Source: Candidatus Latescibacterota bacterium (GTDB lineage: Bacteria; Latescibacterota; UBA2968; GCA-2709665). Taken from it: DNA of 64,000 nucleotides. The notes beneath the pieces are model-generated. The model worked only from the letters and a program-made list of their open reading frames with translations. It had not been told where the DNA came from and did not search any database. Position numbers and translations under genes: made by a program. Every line of letters starts with the position of its first letter. The stretch's first letter is position 1. Where the stretch lies: positions 384,001-448,000 of the forward strand of contig CBDDDZ010000005.1 of the NCBI GenBank assembly GCA_965226795.1, in the 5' to 3' direction. Below are positions 41,912 to 53,633 of the stretch, piece by piece.

Positions 41912-42208
41912 ATGGCAGTCAAGGTGAAGCCGCTGGGAGATCGTGTGCTGGTCAGGCCCCAGGAAGAAGAAGAACAGGTAAAGGGTGGCATCATCATTCC
42001 CGACACGGCAAAAGAGAAGCCTCAGCGCGGAAAAGTCGTGGCCGTCGGACAAGGCAAACTGGATGATTCCGGCAACAGGATCGCGCCGTCCGTGTCATCC
42101 GGAGACGTGGTGCTTTACGGCAAATATTCCGGCACCGAGGTACGGCTGGACGACGAGGACCATCTCATTATGTCTGAGAGCGATATCCTGGCGATTATTG
42201 AAGACTAA
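41912..42208 (+). CDS. groES: Co-chaperonin GroES
   Basis: [22 protein letters not shown]. Confidence 0.98.
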   Translation: MAVKVKPLGDRVLVRPQEEEEQVKGGIIIPDTAKEKPQRGKVVAVGQGKLDDSGNRIAPSVSSGDVVLYGKYSGTEVRLDDEDHLIMSESDILAIIED

Positions 42209-42222
42209 GGCGATTCCCTTAA

Positions 42223-43866
<1,644 letters not shown>

Positions 43867-43910
43867 GAGCAGCGTCTCCACTCCCCGGCGAGGTAGAGCG
43901 GAGGTCAGCA

Positions 43911-43952
43911 TAAAAAAGAAACGCGCCCCGAACAGGGCGCGTTTCTTTTTTA
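43911..43952. terminator. Bidirectional terminator between groEL and moeB
   Basis: AAAAAAGAAACGCGCCC...GGGCGCGTTTCTTTTTT. Confidence 0.85.
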
Positions 43953-43974
43953 TCGATTCCGCCGTTGCGGCGTC

Positions 43975-45153
43975 TCAATCGTCTGCGGCTTCATGCTGCG
44001 TCACACCGTTGCAGAAGGCGACGTAGTCGATGAGTTCGGTAATCTCGGGATTGTCGCCACAGACCGGGCAGCCGGGGTCGCGGCGAATCTTAAAGGTTCG
44101 GAAACTCATGGCCAGCGCATCGTACATGAGCAATCTGCCGATAAGCGGTTCGCCCTGGCCAAGAATCAGCTTGACCACTTCGGTGGCCTGAATCAGGCCC
44201 ACCGTGCCCGGAAGTACCCCTAGAACCCCCGCTTCGGCGCACGACGGCGCGAGTTCTGCGGGCGGCGGTTCGGGATATAGGCAGCGGTAGCACGGGCCCT
44301 CCAGGTCGCAGGGGTAGATGGTCACCTGGCCCTCAAAACGGAAGATACTTCCGTCTACGATGGGCTTGCGCGCGAAAACGCAGGCGTCGTTCACCATGTA
44401 ACGCGTGGGAAAGTTGTCGCAGCCGTTCACCACGATGTCGTATTCCACGACAATGTCCATCACGTTTTCGGAATTGAGGAATTCGACATACGGGACCACC
44501 TTACAGCCAGGATTGAGGTCTTGCAGGGTTTCCCGCGCAGAGATGGCCTTCGGCCTGCCCAGATCGGATGTGCCGTGCAGGATCTGGCGCTGGAGATTGG
44601 TGACGTCCACCACGTCCGCATCGACGATCCCCAGGGTTCCAACGCCCGCCGCTGCGAGATAGTAGGCCGCGGGACACCCGAGGCCGCCGGCGCCGACCAT
44701 AAGAACCTTTGCATCCAGCAGCTTTCCCTGGCCCTTTTCGCCCACTTCGGGGACAAGTAGATGCCGGGAATACCGACGGACTTCGGCCTTGCTGAGCGTC
44801 CGGTCGCGCTGAACCGGGAGACCCGCCGCCACCCAGGCGTCGTAGCCGCCCTCGAGGTAGGCGACGTTTTCATATCCCATATTCTGCAGGTCCCGCGCCG
44901 CCAGGGGTCCCTGGTTATCGTCGCCGTATATGAGGATGGCGGTTGAGCGGTCGTTCGCCAGGGTTTCGATGCGCAGTTCGAGGAATCCCCTGGAGAGGTT
45001 TTCCGCCCCCTCGATATAACCCAGGGCGTAGTCTTCCCTTTCCCTTACGTCCAGCAGCAGGACGCTGTCCAACCGCCCCCGGGCGTCTTCAGGTGAAATG
45101 CCCCTCACCTCGCTCCTGACGGTATCCATCAGGGTTTCAAATGCCGTGCTCAT
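43975..45153 (-). CDS. moeB: MoeB/MoeZ-type sulfur-carrier adenylyltransferase with N-terminal rhodanese-like domain
   Basis: RYSRH, GAGGLG, NLQRQ, CYRC, CAEAGVLG, CPVC. The rhodanese region contains no Cys. Confidence 0.9.
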   Translation of the reverse strand: MSTAFETLMDTVRSEVRGISPEDARGRLDSVLLLDVREREDYALGYIEGAENLSRGFLELRIETLANDRSTAILIYGDDNQGPLAARDLQNMGYENVAYLEGGYDAWVAAGLPVQRDRTLSKAEVRRYSRHLLVPEVGEKGQGKLLDAKVLMVGAGGLGCPAAYYLAAAGVGTLGIVDADVVDVTNLQRQILHGTSDLGRPKAISARETLQDLNPGCKVVPYVEFLNSENVMDIVVEYDIVVNGCDNFPTRYMVNDACVFARKPIVDGSIFRFEGQVTIYPCDLEGPCYRCLYPEPPPAELAPSCAEAGVLGVLPGTVGLIQATEVVKLILGQGEPLIGRLLMYDALAMSFRTFKIRRDPGCPVCGDNPEITELIDYVAFCNGVTQHEAADD

Positions 45154-45354
45154 AAAATTCCCCCGGCGCAAAGTGGTTGGAATCACGTACCGGTAATGTA
45201 TCCAATTCCGTCCGGGAACGCAAAACTTAATGACGACGTTGGACTTTTGGCGTTGAAGGCGATTGCCCGGGAGAGAATCGGCCCGTGTTCCGCTCAGAGT
45301 GTCGGGCATTCAAGCGTATGGATCCGAATCTCCGTTAATCCCGTTCCGGGTTTT

Positions 45355-46173
45355 TCACGAAATGGTGATTCGAGGTCCCGGTTGTTCAAAGGTGTCGATC
45401 TGATCCACGATCTTCTGTGCGATTTCGAGGAAGGTTTGTGTCTCGTCGGATTCCCGTGCGGCAATCGGATTGCCGGTGTCGCCGCCTTCCCGAATCGCGG
45501 GCAGAATGGGCAGCCGGCCCAGCACCGGGATGTTGAAGTACATGGCGATCTTGTCGCCGCCGCCATCCCCGAAGATTGGCGCCCGCTCGCCGCAGCATGG
45601 ACATATAAAGCCGCTCATGTTTTCGACGGCGCCGAGGATGGGAACGTCTAATTTCCGGAACATCTCGATGCCTCGAGTGACGTCTTCAAGCGCGACGTCC
45701 TGCGGCGTGGTGACAATGACCGCGCCGCTGAGCGGAACGGTTTGCGCGAGGGTGAGTTGGGCGTCACCGGTTCCCGGCGGAAGGTCGACAACGAGGAAAT
45801 CAAGCGCACCCCAGGCGACGTCGGACATGAACTGCTGGATCATCTTTCCCACGATAGGGCCGCGCCAGATCACGGGTGCGTCCTCGCCGGCGATGAGCCC
45901 GAGAGACATCAATTTGACGCCATGGTTTTCGAGCGGGATGATCTTGCCGCTCACCGCCCGGGGTTGCCCGGTGGCGCCCATCATCCTGGGGACGTTGGGC
46001 CCGTAGATGTCGGCATCGAGCAGTCCAACGGACTGCCCCTGCCGCGCCAGGGCAATGGACAGGTTCACACTGACGGTGGTTTTACCCACGCCTCCCTTGC
46101 CGCTGGAAACGGCCACAATATGCTCGACCTCGGGGATGGGGCGGGGTTTCGGCATGCCGGGTGGGATTTGCAT
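45355..46173 (-). CDS. apbC: Mrp/ApbC Fe-S carrier ATPase
   Basis: SGKGGVGKTT, DADIYGP, WRGP, DLPPGTGD, ENMS...CPCC. Confidence 0.93.
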   Translation of the reverse strand: MQIPPGMPKPRPIPEVEHIVAVSSGKGGVGKTTVSVNLSIALARQGQSVGLLDADIYGPNVPRMMGATGQPRAVSGKIIPLENHGVKLMSLGLIAGEDAPVIWRGPIVGKMIQQFMSDVAWGALDFLVVDLPPGTGDAQLTLAQTVPLSGAVIVTTPQDVALEDVTRGIEMFRKLDVPILGAVENMSGFICPCCGERAPIFGDGGGDKIAMYFNIPVLGRLPILPAIREGGDTGNPIAARESDETQTFLEIAQKIVDQIDTFEQPGPRITIS

Positions 46174-46227
46174 GGGTTCGGTCCCTGACTTGAATTGAGG
46201 GTTTCGGGATCTGTATTTCAGGGCGCG

Positions 46228-47406
46228 CTACCTGCGTCGCTGCCTTGCGTCGGAATATGGTGAAATTTCTCGCAGCCGTCCGACTTCGTCGACGACGCGC
46301 CCGGCCACATGGTCGATCTCGGCTTCGGTGTTGAACCTTCCCAGGCCGAAGCGGATGCTGCTTTCGGCCAGGCGGGTCGGCACCCCCAGCGCCCGCAGCA
46401 CGTATGAGGGTTCCATCGCCGCCGAGGTGCAGGCCGAGCCGGACGAGAGCGCGATGTCATCAAGGCCCACCAGCAGGCTTTCGCCATCCACGCCTTCGAA
46501 GCTGATGTTCAGGTTCCCGTCCAGTCGCTCCTCCGGATGTCCATTGAGATAAATACCGTCCAGGCCGTCGAACAGGTGTGTTCTCAGTCGTTCGCGCAAC
46601 GCCCGGAGGCGGGTCCCTTCAGCGAACATTTCCGCGCGCGCGAGTTCGCAGGCCGCGCCGAGACCCACAATGCCCGGCACGTTGAGCGTACCCGAGCGCA
46701 TGCCGCGTTCGTGGCCGCCCCCGTCGATTTCCGCAACGAGGCGCACGCGTGGCCGGCTGCGAACGTAGAGCGCGCCGACGCCTTTGGGGCCGTACAATTT
46801 GTGGGCGGATATCGAGAGCAGGTCGATGCCGAGGGCCTGGACGTCGATGGGTAACTTACCCACGGCCTGCGTGGCATCGCAGTGGAAAAGGATGTTCCGT
46901 TCCCTGCAGATCGCTCCGATTTCGTCCAGTGGCTGTACGGTGCCGATTTCGTTGCTGGCCGCCATAATGGAGACAAGCATGGTGTCTCCACGGATCGCGT
47001 CCGAGACGGTTCCCGGGGCAACCTGTCCGTAACGGTCTACGGGCAGGACGGTAAGTTCGAAACCCCGCCGTTCTAGCGCCTTGCACGAATCGAGGACCGC
47101 GTGGTGTTCGGTGGCCTGAGTGATGAGGTGTCCGCCTCTCTCCCGGTGCACGGAGGCCACGCCCTTAATGGCCAGGTTGTCCGATTCAGTCGCGCCGCTG
47201 GTAAAGATAATCTCCCTGGCATCCGCATGGATCAGCTCCGCAATCTGTTCCCGCGCCCGGTCCACGGCTGCTTCAGCGGTCCACCCGAAGCTGTGGGTAC
47301 GGCTGGCCGCATTGCCGAAATCCGCCTTGAAATAGGGCAGCATCGCGTCCAGCACCCTCGGGTCGACCGGGGTCGTGGCCTGGTTGTCCATGTAGATGTG
47401 GGTCAT
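46228..47406 (-). CDS. iscS: Cysteine desulfurase
   Basis: [34 protein letters not shown]. Confidence 0.95.
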   Translation of the reverse strand: MTHIYMDNQATTPVDPRVLDAMLPYFKADFGNAASRTHSFGWTAEAAVDRAREQIAELIHADAREIIFTSGATESDNLAIKGVASVHRERGGHLITQATEHHAVLDSCKALERRGFELTVLPVDRYGQVAPGTVSDAIRGDTMLVSIMAASNEIGTVQPLDEIGAICRERNILFHCDATQAVGKLPIDVQALGIDLLSISAHKLYGPKGVGALYVRSRPRVRLVAEIDGGGHERGMRSGTLNVPGIVGLGAACELARAEMFAEGTRLRALRERLRTHLFDGLDGIYLNGHPEERLDGNLNISFEGVDGESLLVGLDDIALSSGSACTSAAMEPSYVLRALGVPTRLAESSIRFGLGRFNTEAEIDHVAGRVVDEVGRLREISPYSDARQRRR

Positions 47407-47503
47407 AGAGGCCAAATCTTTAAATGGTGATCCGGTGGAGTAAAGGATTAATGGTGGAAGGCAATTTTCCCACCCCACCTCTTCCCTTTTATTCTTTTTT
47501 TAC

Positions 47504-47685
47504 GCCCTTTTTCTTTCTCGCCAAAGAAAAAGGGCCAAAAAGAACGGCGCCGATCGGCGCGGGGCCGGTTTTTCCACAAATTACTTCAAGGGAAAACACC
47601 AGCAACGGTGGCCTGCTGGCCACCCGGCCGCTCCAGCGCTGCGTTGCGGGACGGAATAACGCGGAAAAACCCCCCACTGCACCGT
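47504..47685 (-). repeat. Structured dispersed element, subtype A, copy A3
   Basis: Same scaffold, cassette 47586-47647, no nested hairpin. Confidence 0.85.
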
Positions 47686-47820
47686 TCTCGCATTTTGTGC
47701 GACTTTGGAACGCGGTCGTGCCGCCCGCCCTATCGCTGGTCGATATTGCAAAGGATTCTCGCGGGTTAGATGCTTTTGGTTTCTCGCTGGCTGCTGCCCG
47801 CTACCCGTTCCTCCCGGGAG

Positions 47821-47967
47821 CGAGGGCTTCCAGCCCTCGATGCGCCGCCGTTGTATTTGTAAGGGCAGCCCTTGTGGTTGCCCGCGAATTGGCGCGGTAA
47901 TCGCTGATAACCATCGCGGGTCCGTATCGCGAACCGGTTTTAGCTGACTGCTGACGGCTGATCGCTG
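47821..47967 (+). repeat. Repeat module D
   Basis: CGAGGGCTTCCAGCCCTCGA hairpin, REP, CATCGCGGGTCCGTATCGC, GCTGACT-GCTGACG-GCTGATC. Confidence 0.8.
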
Positions 47968-47970
47968 TTT

Positions 47971-48903
47971 TTAGTCCCCTTCGAAGAGAGCCGTGACGAA
48001 GGCCTCCGGTTCAAAGTCACTCAAATCATCCTGGCCTTCACCCAGGCCGATCATACGCACGGGGAGGCCGAGTTCGTCGGCAATGGCGAAGATGACGCCG
48101 CCCCTGGCCGTGCCATCCAATTTCGCCAGAACAAGACCGGTGATGCCAATGTCCGCATGGAATTTCCGGGCCTGGGCTACGGCGTTCTGTCCCGTCGTGG
48201 CGTCCAGGACCAGAAGGGTTTCGTGAGGGGCGTCCGGGAGGCATTTTCCCAGGACGCGACGGATTTTTTTTAATTCCCCCATCAGATTGATACTGGTGTG
48301 CAGGCGCCCCGCGGTGTCGATTATGACGACGTCCATATCGCGGGATCGGGCGGCGGCAAGGGCGTCGAAGGCCACGGAGGCGGCGTCCGCGCCGGGCCGG
48401 TGGCGTACGATGTCCGCGCCGGAACGTTCTGCCCAGATGGATAGCTGCTCGATCGCGGCAGCCCGATACGTGTCGCAGGCGGCCAGGAGTACCCCCTTGC
48501 CCTGCGCGCCGTACCGGCAGGCCAGTTTTCCGATCGTGGTCGTTTTGCCCGATCCGTTGACACCGGCGACCAGGATGACGTGAGGCGTGGTCCACGGAGG
48601 CGCCGGGGTTGGAGGTTGGACGGCACGGAGGATCTCCAGCAGTTCGGCCTCCAGCCGTCCACGGACCCACTCTTCCCGCCGTTCCGGCTCCGCCTCGCGC
48701 TGGAGGCGCTCCCGAAGACGGTCGATGATCCGCAGCGTCGCGTTGACACCGACGTCTGCCCGTATGAGAATTTCCTCGATTTCCTCCAATGTTTCTTCAT
48801 CCAGCCGGGGGCTGCGGCGCAGAACCTCGCTGATCCTACCGGACAGCCCGTCTCGTGTTCTTGAAAGGCCGCGTTTGAATTTCTCCAGGAAATTTCCGAG
48901 CAT
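47971..48903 (-). CDS. ftsY: SRP receptor
   Basis: GVNGSGKTTTIGKLA, DTAGRLH, AKLDGTARGG. Confidence 0.97.
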   Translation of the reverse strand: MLGNFLEKFKRGLSRTRDGLSGRISEVLRRSPRLDEETLEEIEEILIRADVGVNATLRIIDRLRERLQREAEPERREEWVRGRLEAELLEILRAVQPPTPAPPWTTPHVILVAGVNGSGKTTTIGKLACRYGAQGKGVLLAACDTYRAAAIEQLSIWAERSGADIVRHRPGADAASVAFDALAAARSRDMDVVIIDTAGRLHTSINLMGELKKIRRVLGKCLPDAPHETLLVLDATTGQNAVAQARKFHADIGITGLVLAKLDGTARGGVIFAIADELGLPVRMIGLGEGQDDLSDFEPEAFVTALFEGD

Positions 48904-49016
48904 GCTGCCACTGACTCCTCGTTTGGCGCTTGCGTTCGCCCTGTGAACGGACACAACCAGACAGGGGGAACGGCGCGCCGTGCCCCCGTGGCGGGATCAT
49001 CGGTGGGCGGCGACCG

Positions 49017-49922
49017 TCAGTACGATGTTTCCCGGAGGAGGTCCAGGATGCGCTCAAGGTCGTCGTCCGTGTAGAACTCGATTTCGATCCTTCCCTTTTT
49101 GCCCCGGCGGGTGATATTCACCCCAGTGCCAAAGCGCCGTTGAAGGTCTTCTTCCAACGATAGGGTCTGAGGGTCTTTGCCCTGGGGCAGGGGCCTGGGC
49201 GGTTCACGTCGCCCTTCTCTGCCAGCCTTGACAAGGTTTTCAACCTGGCGTACGGAAAGGCCGGCAGCGACAATTTTCTTGCAGAGAATCGCCTGCAGGC
49301 GGTCGTCGTCCAGGCCCAGGAGCGCGCGGGCGTGACCCATGGAGATCTGTTTGTCCTGGAGGGCGATTCTGACCTCTTCCGTGAGGTGGAGAAGGCGCAG
49401 CGTGTTGGTGACGGTGGATCTGTTTTTGCCGACCTTCTGCGCCACCTCTTCCTGAGTCAGGAAACAGGATTCCATCAGGGCCCGGTAAGCTCTGGCTTCT
49501 TCGATCGGATTCAGGTCTTCCCGCTGCACGTTTTCGATCAGGGAGATTTCCATCATCTCCCGATCGGTTTCCACGTCCGTGAGGATGGCCGGAATGGTCT
49601 CCAGGCCCGCCTTCTTCGCGGCGCGGAGGCGGCGCTCCCCGGCGATGAGCTGATATCCGGACCCGTAGCGTCGAACGACAACGGGCTGGATGACCCCCTT
49701 TTCCCTTATTGAATCGGCCAATTCCTGCACAGCGTCCGGATCGAAATCCGCCCGCGGTTGGTGCGTGTTGGGCTCAAGATCTCCAATGCCGATCTCGAGC
49801 ACACGCGCGCCAGGGCGGATGTCACCGGTCTCCGATGACCTGCCGGGTTGTTCCAGTGGTGATTCGTCGGCGCCGGGGATGAGGGCGCCCAGGCCTCGGC
49901 CCAGAGCGTTACGCTTGGCCAT
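49017..49922 (-). CDS. parB: Chromosome partitioning protein ParB
   Basis: LGRGL.AL, QPR, AGERR.RA, IENVQREDLNP. Confidence 0.95.
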   Translation of the reverse strand: MAKRNALGRGLGALIPGADESPLEQPGRSSETGDIRPGARVLEIGIGDLEPNTHQPRADFDPDAVQELADSIREKGVIQPVVVRRYGSGYQLIAGERRLRAAKKAGLETIPAILTDVETDREMMEISLIENVQREDLNPIEEARAYRALMESCFLTQEEVAQKVGKNRSTVTNTLRLLHLTEEVRIALQDKQISMGHARALLGLDDDRLQAILCKKIVAAGLSVRQVENLVKAGREGRREPPRPLPQGKDPQTLSLEEDLQRRFGTGVNITRRGKKGRIEIEFYTDDDLERILDLLRETSY

Positions 49923-50676
49923 GGTTGATAACCTCCCCAGCCAGGCTCATGTAATTCCGGGCCCCTGTAGACATTATATCGTACAGAATAATGGGTTTTC
50001 CGAAACTGGGCGCCTCGCCGAGTTTGACGTTTCGGCCGATGACGGTGTTGTAAACGCGCTCTCCAAAGTGGTGGCGGGCCTCATCCGCGACCTGCCGGGA
50101 AAGATTGAGCCGGGTGTCGAACATCGTGAGCAGTACGCCCTCGATCCTGAGCGGAGGATTCAGCTGGCGCTGAACCAGCTTCAGTGTATTCAACAGTTTA
50201 CCCACACCTTCCAGGGCATAGTATTCGCACTGTATCGGAATGAGGACGGAGCCGGCGGCGGTAAGCGCGTTGAGGGTAAGCAACCCCAGGGATGGTGGAC
50301 AATCGATCAACAGGAAATCGTAGGTGTCGTCGGCACTTTCCAGCGCAACCCGGAGTCTGTGCTCCCGGGCGCCGAGGTTGACCATTTCGACTTCCGCCCC
50401 GGTGAGGCGCATATGCGAAGGCGCCACGTTCAGGTAGGGAATCTCGGTTTCCCTGGTGATGTCGGAAAGCGGAAACTCCTGGAGTAGCACTTCGTAGATG
50501 CATGGGTCCTCTCGAGCCACCGACACGCCAAAACTGCTGGTGGCGTTGGACTGCGGATCCAGGTCAACGAGCAGGGTCTTCATTTCTGCAGCCGCCAGGC
50601 AAGCGGAGAGATTGACCGCTGTGGTGGTTTTCCCGACGCCGCCTTTCTGGTTGGCAATGGCAATGATTCGAGGCAT
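49909..50676 (-). CDS. parA: Chromosome partitioning ATPase ParA/Soj
   Basis: NQKGGVGKTT, DLDPQ, DCPPSLG, EAPSFG. Confidence 0.95.
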   Translation of the reverse strand: MPRIIAIANQKGGVGKTTTAVNLSACLAAAEMKTLLVDLDPQSNATSSFGVSVAREDPCIYEVLLQEFPLSDITRETEIPYLNVAPSHMRLTGAEVEMVNLGAREHRLRVALESADDTYDFLLIDCPPSLGLLTLNALTAAGSVLIPIQCEYYALEGVGKLLNTLKLVQRQLNPPLRIEGVLLTMFDTRLNLSRQVADEARHHFGERVYNTVIGRNVKLGEAPSFGKPIILYDIMSTGARNYMSLAGEVINHGQA

Positions 50677-50958
50677 AAATGGAAAACCCTGAGCGGCACC
50701 ACGCCCGCCTGAAAATACGATGAAAATATAGGCTAACGCATATCGGAAATCAAGCGTGGCGCGGCCGGAAGCCATCGCGGCCGGGCCGGTCGAAATGCAT
50801 CAGGAACCGCGTTTTCGGATCGGTCTAGAGCCGACGATGGAAAACGCTGCAACAGGAATCTCGGGGGAAACCGCAGCCGGAAGCGAACGCCCATCTGACG
50901 TTCCGTTCGGGCTTGACGACAACGTGGGCGGGACCGCGCCCCGGCCAGGCGGATTCGG

Positions 50959-53619
50959 CTATTCGATGGCGGCCTGAGCGGCGGCCAGGCGGGCGATAGG
51001 CACCCGGTACGGAGAGCAGGAGACGTAGTCCAGGCCCACCCGGTGGCAGAATTTAACCGATTCAGGGTCGCCGCCATGCTCGCCGCAAATGCCCACTTTG
51101 AGGGTTTTTCGCGTGGAGCGTCCGCGGTCGGTTCCGATGATTACAAGCTGTCCCACGCCGACCTGGTCGAGGCTCTGGAAGGGGTCCTGTTCGAGAATAC
51201 CCTGTTTGATGTATTCAGGCAGGAATTTTCCGGCGTCGTCGCGGGAGAAACCGAATGTCATCTGGGTGAGGTCGTTGGTACCAAAGCTGAAGAATTCGGC
51301 CGATTCCGCAATGGTGTCCGCCACCAGTGCCGCCCGGGGAATTTCGACCATAGTGCCGACGAGATAGTCTATCCTGGCCTTGCCGCCGCCCATTACCTCA
51401 TTGGCGACACGGTCCACGATTTTACGAAGCTCGGTGAATTCCTTGACCGTGCCGACCAGGGGTATCATGATTTCGGGGATGGCCTTGATTCTCCGTTTGC
51501 GCGCGTTTACGGCCGCTTCGAAAATTGCCCGTGCCTGCATTTCGTAGATCTCGGGGAAGGTAACGCCCAGGCGGCAGCCCCGATGCCCCAGCATGGGGTT
51601 GAACTCGTGCAGATTATCCACTTTCTCCTGGATGGTCTTTAGCGTGACCCCCATCTGACGCGCCATTTCGCGCTGCTGTTCGGGCTCGTGGGGCAGGAAC
51701 TCGTGCAGGGGCGGGTCGAGCAGCCGGATCGTGACGGGCAGGCCCCGCATGGCCTTGAAAATGCCCTCGAAGTCGCCGCGCTGCATGGGCAGGAGTTTTT
51801 CCAGCGCCTTTCTGCGGCCCGATTCGTCGCCTGCAAGGATCATCTCACGTACGGCCAGGATACGGTCGCCTTCAAAAAACATGTGTTCCGTCCGGCACAG
51901 ACCGATGCCCTCGGCGCCGAACTTCCGCGCGATATCCGAATCGTGCGGCGTATCCGCGTTGGTGCGCACGTTCAGCTTCCGCATCTCGTCCGCCCATTTC
52001 ATGATGGTGGCGAAATTGGCGGAAAGTTTCGGATTCCGGGTGGGCACGCGGCCGAGCATCACTTCGCCCCTGGAACCGTCCAGTGAAATCCAGTCCCCGG
52101 CCTTAACCGTCTTTCCGTTGACGGTAAACAGGTCGTTCTTGTAGTCGATCGCGATGGCGCCACAGCCGGCCACGCAACATTTTCCCATGCCCCGCGCCAC
52201 GACGGCGGCGTGGCTGGTCTGGCCGCCGCGTGCGGTTAGAATGCCGTTAGCGGCGTGCATGCCGCCGATATCTTCGGGCGAGGTTTCGAGGCGAACCAGG
52301 ATGACTTCTTCGCCGTCGGCCGCTAACGTCTCGGCTTCGTCGGCTGTGAACACCGCCTTGCCGGCGGCGGCGCCGGGCGAAGCAGGAAGCCCGGACGCCA
52401 GAACCTCGCGGGGCGCGTCGGGGTCGAACGTGGGGTGCAGGAGATGGTCGAGTTGGGCCGGATCGATGCGGGCGATTGCTTCTTCCTTGGTGATGAGGCC
52501 CTCTTTCACCATATCTACCGCTATTTTGAGCGCGGACGCGGCGGTGCGCTTGCCGGTTCGGGTCTGCAACATCCAGAGTTCACCTTCCTGAACAGTAAAC
52601 TCGATGTCCTGCATGTCCCGGTAGTGCAATTCCAGTTTCTTGTAAATTTGCTCCAGAGTTTCGTAGGCCTGGGGCAGCTGTCTTTTCATTTTCGCGACCG
52701 GTTCCGGCGTGCGAACCCCGGCCACGACGTCTTCGCCCTGGGCGTTGATGAGGTATTCACCGTAAAACTTCCGCGCACCGGTCGATGGGTCGCGGGTGAA
52801 CGCTACACCCGTAGCGCAGTCGTCGCCCATATTGCCGTAGACCATGGATTGAACATTAACGGCGGTTCCCCAACTATGGGGTATGTCGTGGATGTTTCGA
52901 TAGACGATCGCCCGATGTCCGTTCCAGGAATCGAAAACGGCGCTCACGCCTCCCCACAGTTGTTCCATCGGGCTCTCCGGAAAAGAACGGCCAGCGCGTT
53001 TCGTGACGAGGTCCTTGAAAACGTCCACGAGTTCCCGAAGATCATTGGTTGTGAGGTCGGTATCCAGTGTAATGCCCCGCCTGGCCTTTACCCTGTCGAT
53101 GGCGGATTCGAAGGGATCGTGTTCGCGTTCTTCGGGCTGCACGCCCATCACAACGTCGCCGTATGTCTGAATGAAGCGTCGGTACACGTCCCAGACAAAG
53201 CGCTCATTGCCGGATTTTGCAATCAGCCCCTCGGCAATCTCGTCGTTGAGGCCCAGGTTAAGGACGGTCTCCATCATTCCGGGCATGGAGACACGCGCGC
53301 CCGACCGGACCGACAAAAGAAGCGGATTGCCTGCGTCGCCGAAACGCCCACCCATGGCTTTCTCAACGTTTCTCAGGTTCGATACAACCTGGCTCTCCAG
53401 CGCCGGAGGGTGATTTTTCTCGTGGCCGTAGTAGTAGGCGCAAACGTCCGTGGTAATGGTGAACCCTGCGGGAACCGGAATGCCGATGCGAGACATTTCT
53501 GCCAGGTTGGCGCCTTTGCCACCTAGCAGATTGCGTCTGTCACCGTCGCCGTCGGCCGTGCCATTGCCGAAGAAATAGACGTATTTTTCAGTTTTCGAAA
53601 TCCGGTTCGACATGTTCAT
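50959..53619 (-). CDS. ppdK: Pyruvate, phosphate dikinase
   Basis: GGKGANLAEM, GGQTSHAAVVAR, SFGTNDLTQ. Confidence 0.98.
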   Translation of the reverse strand: MNMSNRISKTEKYVYFFGNGTADGDGDRRNLLGGKGANLAEMSRIGIPVPAGFTITTDVCAYYYGHEKNHPPALESQVVSNLRNVEKAMGGRFGDAGNPLLLSVRSGARVSMPGMMETVLNLGLNDEIAEGLIAKSGNERFVWDVYRRFIQTYGDVVMGVQPEEREHDPFESAIDRVKARRGITLDTDLTTNDLRELVDVFKDLVTKRAGRSFPESPMEQLWGGVSAVFDSWNGHRAIVYRNIHDIPHSWGTAVNVQSMVYGNMGDDCATGVAFTRDPSTGARKFYGEYLINAQGEDVVAGVRTPEPVAKMKRQLPQAYETLEQIYKKLELHYRDMQDIEFTVQEGELWMLQTRTGKRTAASALKIAVDMVKEGLITKEEAIARIDPAQLDHLLHPTFDPDAPREVLASGLPASPGAAAGKAVFTADEAETLAADGEEVILVRLETSPEDIGGMHAANGILTARGGQTSHAAVVARGMGKCCVAGCGAIAIDYKNDLFTVNGKTVKAGDWISLDGSRGEVMLGRVPTRNPKLSANFATIMKWADEMRKLNVRTNADTPHDSDIARKFGAEGIGLCRTEHMFFEGDRILAVREMILAGDESGRRKALEKLLPMQRGDFEGIFKAMRGLPVTIRLLDPPLHEFLPHEPEQQREMARQMGVTLKTIQEKVDNLHEFNPMLGHRGCRLGVTFPEIYEMQARAIFEAAVNARKRRIKAIPEIMIPLVGTVKEFTELRKIVDRVANEVMGGGKARIDYLVGTMVEIPRAALVADTIAESAEFFSFGTNDLTQMTFGFSRDDAGKFLPEYIKQGILEQDPFQSLDQVGVGQLVIIGTDRGRSTRKTLKVGICGEHGGDPESVKFCHRVGLDYVSCSPYRVPIARLAAAQAAIE

Positions 53620-53633
53620 CCTCGTCGTGAATG

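Noticed and set aside
52435..53526. Long antisense ORFs (e.g. opposite ppdK, uxuA, the glycosyltransferase and Gfo genes)
   Set aside because: Shadow ORFs expected from high-GC codon bias; no recognisable motifs.
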